NCBI GenBank assembly: GCA_036172245.1
Contig: JAYWIR010000024.1
Span: 124,001-188,000 of the forward strand
DNA length: 64,000 nucleotides
Origin: Raillietiella orientalis
Lineage: Eukaryota
Direction of reading: 5' to 3'
Part shown: positions 1 through 11,532 of the stretch, one piece after another
How positions within the stretch are numbered: position 1 is the stretch's first letter
How the letters are laid out: the number at the start of each line of letters is the position of its first letter
The notes under the pieces: model-generated
Told to the model about the DNA's origin: nothing
Database searches by the model: none
The model's input: only the letters and a program-made list of their open reading frames with translations
Translations under genes and position numbers: made by a program

Positions 1-963
1 ATCCCCACATGGAGGATCGACCCCGAGAACTGGGAGTGCATCGCGAGTTTCGAGTCCCATTCGCAGGATGGCGCTGGTTGGCCCACGGACTTCGGGTGCG
101 GCGGCATTGGTTGACACCCGGTCACACCGGAGCATTTATTTAGAAAATAAGCATCCACGTCTGTGATACTGCCACGTGACTTATGGATACGAAAAAGAAC
201 CTTCAGGGATCTGGCACGCAGACCAGCAGGGTTCGCCTCGGCAGCACAGGGGAGGGGGAGACAAACAAAAAGAAAAAAAATGAAGTCCATAACTGGGGCA
301 GGGGGGGGGGAGGTTCGGCAAGGGATCACTGTGTGCTGGAGGGCGCCCTCTGCATCCTTCTAATAATGCCTGCAAGTTCCTGTTTTATGGTTCCCAGAAG
401 GGGCCATCTTGACGCTGTCCTCATGAAGAGGACAGCAGAATAGATGGCGTCCCTGTCGGGAGTATGATGGGTCCCGCCGCGTAGGCAGCAAAGTGCTGCT
501 AGGGATGAGGCCGGCAGAGGGAGTCACACAGGAAGAGGTGCTTTACAACGTCTCTGGCGTTGCCACCGGGGGTTCCAAGGATTGCGGCAAAGCGTCCCCG
601 AAGGGGTCGGAGGTCAGCACAGTCCCCTAGGAGGTTCTGGAATGATTCCCGCTCCCCGCACCTTGCACAGTTTGGGTCCACACCCCTCAGTGTCCACAGA
701 TGCCGGCGGGCGTTACACGGGAGGCCCCAGTGCAGCAGCATCAATGCCGACTCCTGCCACTCTAAGGGGAAGGTGCGGAGGCACTGGTGCAAACCGGATG
801 CCTCCGTTGACCGGTCTGGATTGTAAGTTGACCCTCCGGGTTCCTTCCAAGAATCAAGGAGCCAGTTCCCGTCAGGGTTTTCCTCCCAAGCGTAAGAGGT
901 AAGGACTCCTTCCTCCGGAGTTTCCTGGATTCATAGGGCTTTGGGGTTGCCCCCTCCTAACTT
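1..963 (+). mobile_element. SINE-like host repeat, copy 1 (1-94 and 789-963; head lies outside the window), interrupted by element A copy 1
   Basis: 1-94 aligns with the reverse complement of ~49195-49285, and 789-963 with the reverse complement of ~48023-48495 (lacking ~290 bp present in copy 2). Both copies end at the same point (CCTAACTT). Confidence 0.55.
112..771 (-). mobile_element. Element A copy 1: short L1/Tx1-like LINE 3' fragment (ORF2 C-terminal zinc finger + 3'UTR)
   Basis: Minus-strand translation LEWQESALMLLHWGLPCNARRHLW...CARCGERESFQNLLGDC (zf-RVT-like), T-rich 3'UTR, terminal AATAAA+hairpin at 115-140. Flanking direct repeats GGTGCGGCGGCATTGGT (95-111) and GGTGCGGAGGCACTGGT (772-788). 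Confidence 0.85.
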
Positions 964-1882
964 CAAAAGTTCTGCGCAACTGCACCCTCGGATGGAATAG
1001 ACACCGACGTGAAAACCGACGACTGCTCGAAGTGGATTTCTCTCTCTCTCTCTTTTTTTTTAATCTCAAGCATGATCCCTTCGTCTACTGCAGCTCCGTT
1101 CAGAGAATTCTGCCAGGTTATACACGGACGCACGCGCGATCTTGTTTGCAGTTCCTCATTCGGAAAATTTCGGCGCAGCTTCCCAAATATGACTGAATTT
1201 TTCAAAGAGGCTACTCCTCTGCGGGAATTATTCCATGCTCTGAAAATTACCAGGTGCTTTTCGAGCGCTTAGGAAGTCAGCATTTACTTTCTCTAATCGT
1301 CCTCGCGGTCCGCATTATGACCTCACATTTGAAATTTTGTCATGCACTGGACAGAGTCCATGTACCATCCGATGTAGGATGGTAATTCCAAGGTTCCAAT
1401 ACACCAGTTTACTACAATGGATGAGATTTACCTGCTTCTGTATGTATTCGTAGGAAATGGGTTCGTGGGTATTGAAAATTTCGGTTCCATCTTTTGAAAA
1501 TCCAGTACATGGAACATCAATGAGGGTGCACTGATTCTTAAGGAAGGTGCGTCGATTGATCCCTGATCATCTCCGCACCTTTGTTGCAGCTTTAGAAACA
1601 TCCCGGAGAATTTCTAGGAAATTTACCGACGCAGCACTGAGCGTGAGTGCCGATTATGCGAACGCACAGCAGCACGGAGTAATTACCGACGGCAGCGAAT
1701 TTTTGATTCTGCACACGATTTGACCGTTGAAGTTTCCAGGAGTTACGGGTTGACGGAGTTATCAGTATTGGAAGGCAAAGGGTTTTGCCGCTTTTGCTTC
1801 CCAGACACCTGTTTCCACCAGGACTTGCATTTCAGAACGAATCTTTCGATCCGAGGTCACGACCTCCTCGGAATTCGGAGGT

Positions 1883-3206
1883 TGCCACCCGGGTACGCCG
1901 GGACGTTTATCAAAACTTTCTTTTACGTGGTATAAGGCCCCACTAACGGCCAACACAACACCGGTCCTGCCGGGACGCCGGGACGCAGCCCGGCGTGACT
2001 CTCCTCGGCAGTGGAAGGGGATGGGAGAGAAAACAAAAAGAAAAATAAAAACATAAGGAAAACAAAAAGAGTTTGGAAGGGTGGGAAGGAATCACAGACC
2101 ACCGAGAGGAGGGTCCATCCTTTGCAGGATGCCCTCGAGGTCTTTCTGCATACTACCCAGCTAGGGCCATCAGGAAGCACACAGCATACGGGATGACGTC
2201 CCTCACGTTGTGGTGTTCGTCCTTGGCCTCACTCCAAGTCGCCACGATGCCAAGGATGCAGCAAAGTGCTGTCGGGACTGCGGCTGGCTGCAGGACGTCC
2301 CGCACGAAGAGAAGCCGGAAAACGTCTCTGGGGAGGCTGCCAACCGGTATCCCCAGGGTAGTCCCAAAACGTTCCCAGAGGGGTCGGAGGGCAGCACAGT
2401 CAGCTATCAGGTGGGGGAGGGATTCCCGCTCCCCGCACCTGGCACATTCAGGCTTTACTTTCCCCCGCGTCCAGTGGAAGCGACGCGCGTTGCAGGGTAG
2501 TCCCCAATGCAACAGGAGAAGCGCTGTCTCTTGCCACTTCAGGGGGAGAAACCTGGATCCATTCAAGATTGGGGACCACTTCAGTTCATCCGTCGGGATT
2601 CCGAGCAGCTTGCCCCATCTTGTTAGTCCTCGCGGCTGGACACTCGTAGCCGTGGCGTCCACCAGCTGTCCCATGGTCCAGCCGCTGATCAACGTCTGTC
2701 GTCCTGTGATGCGGCAGGAGACTTGCCACTTCGGCGTCCGGGTGCTGTGAAGCGCCCTCCTCAGAAAGGGCAGCGCCTTAGCCTGGCAGGTCGTCTCTGC
2801 CCACGTGCTCTTAGTGGGACACTCTAGTATGTGCCGCAGGGTGCGGCCGCGTATTTACATCTCGTGGCTTCTCTGGTTGATTACCGCCCACGTGCCAATG
2901 GTCTCCTACAACCAGGCGGAGGAATTGGCGGGGCTGCAAACCATCCAGCCGTTTTCCTTAGCCAGGGTGGCCATGCGTCCAAGGAGAAGGCCGCATCTTC
3001 GGATCTTCCAGCCAAAGCACAAGATAAGACGCGAGTCCTTGCGTCCTAGAGACACGGTTGGCGAGGAGGCGGGCCGGAACGCACCAAGGGGTGCTCCACA
3101 ACTTCGCTGCGATGGCCATGGTGCGCCATCGCAGCTGTATTTCCATCCGCTCCAGCGTCAAGAGGCTGAGACCGCTGTCCCGACGCGGAGCTCATAACAT
3201 CTTCAG
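1883..3206 (-). mobile_element. Element B: 5'-truncated L1/Tx1-like LINE (post-RT region, zinc finger, 3'UTR)
   Basis: Exact 14-bp TSD CGGAATTCGGAGGT at 1869-1882 and 3207-3220. ORF 2153-2692 contains WGLPCNARRFHW...CARCGERESLPHLIADC. RDSGLSLLTL near 3160-3185 resembles the post-RT GGLG motif. Ends with GATAAA+hairpin (1886-1911). Confidence 0.9.
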
Positions 3207-6094
3207 CGGAATTCGGAGGTGAAAGAGTAGCACGTTCAATCTTAAACAGTGAAATCGTGCTTTCAGCCCAAATACTTAACTTGGGAATGATAGGGCACTC
3301 CGCTGCTCTTCGCATCCGAAATGGACGGATGGAGTTTTGACTACACAACACTGTGTTCAGTGTTGCTCTGCTGCGAGATTATCACCAGCGTGTGAACTTG
3401 CCTTGTGGCATTCTTTGCTCGTGGCACGACGCGAGGATTCTCAAAGTGTCCTGTGTGAATGCCGGTGGGTAACAGTGGCAAACTTCCCACATTAAACTCA
3501 TGAAGATAAACGAATTTCACTGACCCTTGTAACGAGCCGCATATTCTCCCGACATGGAACTTCTTCGCGAAGTCGTGTAGCACCATAATCATGAAGGTGC
3601 AAAAGTGCAGCAGGTACCGAGGGTGCTGACGGCGTTCTTGTATTCCCGATTCGTGAATTCAACATGCCCTGCACACACGCTTGTCAACAACCACCGCACC
3701 TTTAAAGCTGTCGTACCTTTTCGAGCACGATTTGGGACCGTCCTGTCACTCGATTCTTAGTACTTTGCCTTTTCCTGCTGTTTCCCACGTTCATGTCGAC
3801 CGATCCGCAGGCAGTGACCCGAGTCATCCCTAATCCGTTGAGTTGCACGCGTAGAGCATCTGCTCTTACTCGGGAAATTCGCATCCGAGGTCTTCGAAGA
3901 ATAATCTGCCAACTCTCAATACGAACGGCGGGATGTCTGCCTTACTGAGAATTTGTCTTCTCTTTTTGGCTTTTTGCCGAGACCCGGTTTGAAACGGAGG
4001 CGTGCTGCCCCAAGTGTCGCTTATCACCTCAGGCCGGGCATGGCTTCCTGAAAAGCAATCTCGTCACGCTCGGGGGACGTTCAGAGAGGTCAGCAGATGT
4101 CCGGTTTATCAGTCTGGACACTGTCTGCTCACACGATCCGGTCTTTCGGCACTCGGCAAGTAGTAGTCCTGGAGCCTGGAGCAGAGTCTGCTTGGGTCCA
4201 TCAGCGAAAGCCCTCGAGTGCTCGATCGAAATCCTCATCATCGCCTCGTCCAGAGCTCCAGACCGGCGAAGCCAACCTACCGTCGATGCCTACTTGATAC
4301 AGGAAGATATACTCGGATGCGCCTCGTTTCCGGCCAGAACAGCAGGAATGTTCTGTCGGTCATTTTGGAGCTAGCAAATGCAACAATCCAAGTCAATCTG
4401 TCTCTTTGAGCTCTGGAGATTCACTCTCACCATAATTATGACACAGAAACGGTCTTTGGCGGTCGTTCCTCCTCCTCTATTCTTCGCTGTGCTCAAGTTG
4501 CTTGGCGGGCAGTCTACAAAAGGGTTCGTTTCTGTAACCCCGAGGAAGACGTGCCTGCCATGTAACAGGTCCCGGCATTCTTCTTACGGCTTTGAGTTTT
4601 ACGAGTTCTGGTACCACCATCCGTACAGAGTGGAAGAGAGTCAATCTTCCGTGAGGATTCGTCTGGTCAAGACCACGGTTCCTCAACAGCCTTCTTGGAT
4701 AGTCAAAGAATCAGCAAATCGGGAACGGAAATCAATGTTGCTTTGCCAACTTCCTCTCAAGAGCTTCGTCGCTGCACTCCTCCTCCCTTTCCCTCCAGAG
4801 TTCACGAAAGAGGTGTGACGTTGGAAAGCGGACCTCACCGTCGTGACTCAAGCTTCGACAGCTGGAGGAATGTTTATCGCCCTTCTTAATATTTGATTGG
4901 AACTCTAAGGATTTGCGCCAATTTTTTTTTTATTTATTTATGGATGAACTGCGAACATATTGCGGAAGCCCTGCCGATATCAGACCGCATTTGCTTGTCA
5001 TCCAATGTGGGCGTTCAACAAATGGCTCTTGAAATCTCGCTAATGAGGCACATTCTTTTGCTTATCTCGAGAAAGACTCCACCCTCCTCTCGTCCGTACG
5101 CATCCTTCGTTTCGAACGTGTCATTTTCCCATCTTCTGAGAAATGCACGTTCGAAATGCAAATACGGAAATCTGAGTGAACCGAAAAACGTAAAGAGGGG
5201 CGTCATGCGTTTTCCGAACAGCGATGAACAAATATACGATGGAAGAAGGAAAAAATCACCTACTGAACTTTAATACTACCAGTCTTGAGAAATCGGTATT
5301 GTAGATCCCTTCGCTTATTATGAGTAGAGGTTCTGAAACCTCATGCTATTAAGTGACGTCGTTGCAATACCTATCTGGGAAGAGTCTGAGAATCTCCATA
5401 TGTGGACCATTCTAAAAATAACCGAATTAACTTTCCATCTTTTGAAAGTGTATCACGTCTGCTCATCTAAGGGCACATCAGTATTGCCAGTATCACTCGG
5501 TACGCTGCACAATTACAGCCTTGCGCACGGGCAGTATCATAGGCGAGGAAGGCGACTGAGCCGTGATTATTGCTAGTTGAAAACATTACAGCAAGCATCT
5601 CAAATTGCGCGTTTACATATCACGGCTGGTGTTAACCAGCTAGAAAGAAAATTTCAAACGAAATTACCAGTTATTATGATTATATCATTAGCATAGAAAT
5701 GCAACTGGCAATTTCCTTTGAAATTATATCCATCATTATTCTATACATCAGCATTATTATGATTTCACATTTACATTTGTCTATGTCATTGTGATTGCTA
5801 TCTTCACCATCGTTTATTATTTTGGCGTTTTCGTTTCCGTTATCATTATTGCAAAATGGCCAGATTTTTTTCGAAATGCAAGGACTTCAGATTTCCACAT
5901 GAAACGCAGCTATCTCGTTTCAGGAGGAAGGCGTGGAGTCGATGACAAGCTGTCAAGGTTACCGGAGGTCGAAATCTTCAGAGCGGATAGCGGGAACACG
6001 CAGAGTCCACAGTGGCTATTACGATTCCAGAACCATTTTGAAAGAACTTTCCGCTAACATGTTTTTCGTCGTGACGCGTGTGCCTTACCTGTAG

Positions 6095-6265
6095 ACGGAT
6101 CTGCTTCATCGTGAGATACCTTGCCACTCCGGTCTATGTACCGGCCGTGGCAAGTTCTGAGCGCGTGGGGCAAACCAAGTGTTTCACCACACTAGAACAT
6201 TTGTGTGCACTTTTATTGTTATTATTTTTGATAATAAATGTCCCGGCAAATCCGGGTGAAAAAAG
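6095..6265 (+). mobile_element. Short LINE 3'-end-only insertion (structured 3'UTR + AATAAA hairpin)
   Basis: Nested stem 6120-6154, GTGG/CCAC hairpin 6165-6190, AATAAATGTCCCGGCAAATCCGGGTG at 6233-6258 then A6. Possible TSD CCTGTAG (6088-6094 / 6266-6272). Confidence 0.6.
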
Positions 6266-6368
6266 CCTGTAGGCTGGGATTTCGTGTGCACGCGAAAGAA
6301 TTCATCGAATTCATCGGGCTGGAAAGTCGGAAGGAGTTTTGAGTCTTCGCGTTGCGGTCAACCGGAGG

Positions 6369-6411
6369 GCAAGAAAGTTACCCAAGAGGTAATTTTGGGT
6401 AACTTTCTTGC
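6369..6411. repeat. Perfect 17-bp inverted repeat with 9-nt loop
   Basis: GCAAGAAAGTTACCCAA (6369-6385) and TTGGGTAACTTTCTTGC (6395-6411). Confidence 0.9.
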
Positions 6412-6906
6412 AAGGTGCACAACAAAATGGGGTGAATAACTGAATGATCGTCGAAACAGAAGCGAACGCAGAGACAGTATCTCCATCACTCGGAGATTCA
6501 TGAGGTATCATCGATGACGGTCTTAGACATTGGTTCCATCTTCAGATGATTTGAGACTACTATCACGGGAATGTGAAATTTGATCCAGCACGCCTCCATT
6601 TGGACGAAATTGGATATTCCCCTCTCCCCTCACCCCGAGGGACCTTGTTATGGGGCATCACGAGAAATCACTCAAATAATTCGTTTTCTGACCGACTTTC
6701 CCGCACACCACGATCATCTGCAGCTCGCTCAGCGTTTTTTCCTTCCGTGCTGGTTTCCTGATTATCTGGATTTCACGCGGATCGCTCTTGAGTAGCCTTT
6801 TGAAGACCATCCAATCCTGGATTTCGCTGCCTGAGATGGTGAGGAATCAAAGAGTAGATGCCTCCTTTTTGCTCGCAGCTTCCAGCCCAGGCAGTCAAAG
6901 ATTGCT

Positions 6907-7084
6907 GTTTTTTTTTTTTTGTCCCCCCTTACCCCTGCTGCCGTGGTGGACCGTACAGGTCTGCGAACCGGTGACCCGGCAGGCTCCAGGTTGTTTCTTC
7001 GGGCGTGGCTGGATCGCTGGTCCAGCCACAGCGCGTTTTTAAAGTTTGTTTTTTAAATAAACGCCTCGGCGACCCGGGTGAAAA
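6907..7084 (+). mobile_element. 178-bp LINE 3'UTR-only insertion related to elements A/B
   Basis: Exact 12-bp TSD TCAAAGATTGCT (6895-6906 / 7085-7096). T tract, CTGCCG...CGGCAG stem, terminal AATAAACGCCTCGGCGACCCGGGTG + A4. Confidence 0.85.
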
Positions 7085-10000
7085 TCAAAGATTGCTCGGT
7101 GCCCGCTTGCATCTTTAGGTCTTGACCTTCACTTCCTACGCTGACAAAGTCAGAGCGAAAAATTCCTTTTCTAAGCCTCCGACTTTTCCGTCGAGGGACA
7201 GTCGATGAAGATGTAGTATGCACAAAAGTCTCATTCGCGACCCTCTATCCTTTCTTCCGGTAGGCTGTGCCAACTGGAACCAGTATCTGGAACAAACGAC
7301 GCCTGGACAGGCAAAGTTCACTTCCACTGTGCATCAGTGAGTTTTTGTGGCTGGTCAAGACGGACGCCTCGATCCTTGGCTCTAATTTCGAGACAGCACG
7401 AGGAAGCGTCGAAGGAACAAGACGGGCAGACGCACAGGAACCGCTCCTCTCGGGAGGCTGAGATATCTCGTCCATTGTTACTGGATGTTGATCTCGATGT
7501 CCGTCCACCTTTCATCTTCCCTCCTTGGCTTTGCTTGCTTGCGCGTCCAGCTCTCGGTCGAGTTGGAAGCACACCCGCGTTTTGACGTGCTCTTCGCTCG
7601 TTGCTATGGGAAACGAGCGTCCCGTTCACGAATTTATGGACGTTGCGGCTTTGTCGGTCGGCCCGTGAAACGCATGGCTCGCCTGCTTTCCCCCCGTGCT
7701 CTTCCTTTTTCCTCTTTCGGTGATTCCGGGCTAAAGCACTTGAATTGCCGTTTCCTGGCAGTTCAAGTGCTGCAGTTTCACTTGACGCGGACTGACGCGA
7801 GGAACCTCTCGGAGACGCCCTGCAGAGAATGAAAAATCAGTCTTCAAAAAACTCTGATACTTCGCGCAGCAATGGAGACGTCTCACGTTGCCAAGCTCGC
7901 ACATCCCCCTCCCCCCCTCCCTTCCCTACCGCACAACAATGGAAATCTCCTGACAGTTTCGATAGGAGCGGTCGGATCCATTGTTGCACACCCATTGTTG
8001 TCGCTACTCAGGAAGCTGAGCAACCGGAATCCGCGCCGCAAGGGAAAGGCCTTCGGAAAAAACGCCTGGGCCACAGGAGATTTGACCGCAAACCGCGATG
8101 CGGCCAGGCGGGCGAATTCGCGTCCCCACTGCGTCCTAGCCCCCCGAGTACTTTCGATCGAATGGGCAAACATGGGATAGCAGGGTTGGGCTGCTTTCCG
8201 CTTTCCTCTTGCAGCGGCGGCGGCCTATGCCGGCCTTTGCTCTTTTCGTCCGGACCGAGCGAAACGTCAGGAGGTCACTGGTTCGTGAAATGCGGGGGAT
8301 CGATGCACCTCGAGAAAGAACCAGACATTTGCGTTTTCCTGATGACATTAGATTTGTCTGGAGCTTATCGCACCATCTGCATTTACCACACGCATCACGT
8401 TGATAATCATTTATAAAAACGAGGGACACGCCCAAAAAATGCATGTTAGTTCAGTGAGCTCTAAGGAAAGTGAGCTTTCTTTCCGGAGGAGGGTTCGTTT
8501 TCCAGGTAAACCCTGCGTTTGACCGAGCCCACTTGTTCTCACACTGTATTCACTCTCGATACCTCGCTCTCGTAAAGATCAGCCTGTGGCTTCCGTTATG
8601 CCTTTCTAAAGTGTGTCAGTGAATCACGTTAAGGCATGGAAGCCCAAACCTTGTTGCCGTTCTCTCGTTAGATTACCGCTTCGGGAGGCAGTGGTGACCC
8701 TCGGAGCACCGGGTCTCGCGTCTTGCACTGCTCCACACTTGCTGAAAACCGCTCTTGGGGGAAAACGAGCAGAGATTCTTTCTTTTTTTTCCAATTGAAC
8801 GGGATCGCAGCGTGCAGAAGTGGCCGTCTGCCTCCTCCTATGTGTTGTCCATGCACTGGGCATAAGAATGCCGGACGAAGAGTGCGTAGAAGGACCCAGA
8901 ATGCCTGTAGCAGGAGAACCTATAGCAGGAAAAGCGAAGGTTCGGATTCCGTCAGCGTGGTCTTCTGCAAGACAAGAGGAGGAGGAGGAAGGGAAAGCGA
9001 CTGCTCTTGCGGGCACGCGCCTTTCGCCTTAGTTCTTTCGCTGCTTTCTTAGCTGTATCCAAGAGGAATCCGGAGACCCACGACGGTGCCTTTCCTTGCC
9101 CGCCTTGCTTCCTCACGGCTGCTGACGTTCGGCAGTGCCAGGATCTGTACGAAGCCTCCTTTCGTTCATTCTGTGGATTCTGAGCCACCTTCTTCCTTAT
9201 CCTCTCTAAGGAGGGGGAGGGGGGCGGCAAGTCTGTCGCAAGCATGTTCAGAAACCTGGCTCGTTCCATTCGTCCACCCGCGTTGGCGACCTGGAGTTAC
9301 CTCACGGGACAGCTAGCGTAGGGGGGGCGCGAATACCCGTGAAGCGGGCCGACACCGAGAGATGAACCGAGAGTTTACGGTCCACCCCGCTAGATGAGGC
9401 TGAGGCTGCGGGTGTGCACTGTTTAGACGGATGCCCCGTTGACTGTAGCAGTCAGGGACTGGGAGTGGGCCCTTCGGCGAACCCACCTCACGAGTGGTCC
9501 TTGGGTGCGTGATGTAGTGAGGCCTTATGAGACCCCATGTAGGGTTGTTGCAGGGCCACTATGGGGTGGACGACCGCTCTTGCTTACTTAGCGTACCTCT
9601 CCCCCCCCTCTCAAGGTCACCTCAGCGGCGTGCTTCTTTCGCCTCCCTTCTTCCTTCCCAAGCTGAAGACACGCGTCCTTGTCTCCCCCCCCCCCCCCCC
9701 AACGCACCTAGAGAACTTGAAGCTGCGAGATGCACGCGGCGGCGCCCGGAGGGAAAAAAACTTTTCGCCCTCCTCCCCGCAGCCACCTTCGGGAAATTTC
9801 TCGTCCTTCGAGCGGAATCGAAGTCTCTGGCTGCCTCCGAGAACCCCTCAGGCACTCGTAGTGGTTTTTCCATTGAGCCCTCTTCCCCCAGGCGGCATAA
9901 AACTTGCTGGAGGCGCGCGCTGCACCCGCTTCGCTGGCGCCTGAGCGGGGTGCCTGCTGCTCGAGACTCCTGGCACCCCGAAATAAAAGGGATGAAGTCC

Positions 10001-11532
10001 GAAGATACCGGGAGAAGAGGCGACCCTCGCAGACCGATGGAGAACTCCGAGAAATTCCCACTCAATGCTCCTGCGCGGGTCGCAGGGCTGCCAAGTCCAT
10101 GCACCGATGAGGGGCTCCGATATCGCGAAGCTGAGGAAAGCAGAAGCGAGGGAGGGCAGGACGAGGAGCGATAGGGATGGAATGATCCCCCATTGTTGCT
10201 GATTTCCCCTAGTCGGGGAAATGTTATATATCGGGGAATAATGTCACTATCGCTACTCCTGTCAGTAATATTTGTATCACTACCGTTATTAGTAGCATCA
10301 TTCGCACCACTATTGATAGCGGCATGAATGCCATAACTACTATTAAATGCATTGTTAGCATCGTCTCACTAATACTGTTGGAACACTTGTTTCTGTCTTC
10401 GTGTCAATACTATTGAAAGCAATGTTAGTCTACGTGTTGATACTGTCGAGAACATTGTTAGCATTGCACTTTAAAGAGTTGAATGTCAGCTACACAAAGA
10501 GTGGTGCAGCAGAAAGGGGGGGTAAGGGGCGAGATCAAAGCCTTTCCCGTAGAAGACATGTCTTCCGGCACTACTTGGCTCGCAGCACTTCCACCTCCGA
10601 CGGGAGCGACAGATCTTCGTAGCTTCGAGGTTCAGCACAACTCATGCGAAGCTTGCGTCACGGATCTACTCCAACAGGCGGAAGACCTGAAAGACAAACT
10701 GTCCTCCTCCCCTTACCCTTCTAGTGGACTCGGTAGCTGCTGCGCGGTGCTCGGCCCAACGTGTGTGCTTCCATCAGCCAACGGCTCGCCTTCGTATCTC
10801 CCCCTCCTTGGAAGGGAAGGGGGGGAGGGGGAAGGAACGCCCTCCTCTTTAGGACAGTGCGATCGTGTGGCACCCTGCTGCTCCCTGATGCAACGCGGAG
10901 GGACAGAGCGCTTCCCTGAATGACCCTCTTCAGTCAGTGGCAATCTGTCGTCAGCGAACAAAGAGGGGCACCTGGCGGCGGCGACCTTGCTCTCCGACAC
11001 GTGGTCGGAAGTGGTGAGCTGAATGCGGTGACGTCACAGGCAAGCCGATAAACGGATAACCTCCGATAGCGCTGCCACAGCAGCCTGCCGGCGGCATGAG
11101 AACACACACGGTTAGCGAAGAGCGGTCAGAAGCCCCGCGCAGGACAAAAATGCGCTCACTTCCGGGCACGAGGAAGGCCCTCAGCGGTCCCCAGAACGGA
11201 CTCTCCTCAGTGCAAATGACCTGGAATGGAAGTCTCCTTAGCTCGAGATCACATGAACTGCTTTTTACGGTGGCGCCATCTTGGCAGCGTTCGCGAAATC
11301 TGAGACGGACGATGAGGCCGTTCTCACCTGATTAGCTGTGGCGTCCCGCGAAAAAGGGTGGGGGAGGAGGAGGAACGGCAGCTCTGCTCGGTGCTCCCAT
11401 CGCTCAAAGGTCGGGTCGCTTCTCCCTGTTGCACGTCCTCCTTCCACCCGCTCGCCTTCCTCCCGTGCCCCAAGAGCTGCATTTCACGCATCCCTTGCCT
11501 TTCCAGACGCTGCCAAAACGACTCCAGCAAGG

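Noticed and set aside
1000..1880. Exon-like segments, e.g. minus-strand INRRTFLKNQCTLIDVPCTGFSKDG...KQ|GTAAAT near 1430-1562
   Set aside because: No recognisable family and no consistent neighbouring exons; unresolved without RNA data.
3221..5600. Possible upstream continuation (RT/endonuclease) of element B, or a short-intron gene
   Set aside because: The TSD closes element B at 3206 and no RT motifs are seen. Splice-like signals exist but no coherent model could be built.
7264..8940. Isolated exon-like pieces (CANWNQYLEQTTPG..., AVCLLLCVVHALG...)
   Set aside because: Could not be linked or assigned; compatible with chance.
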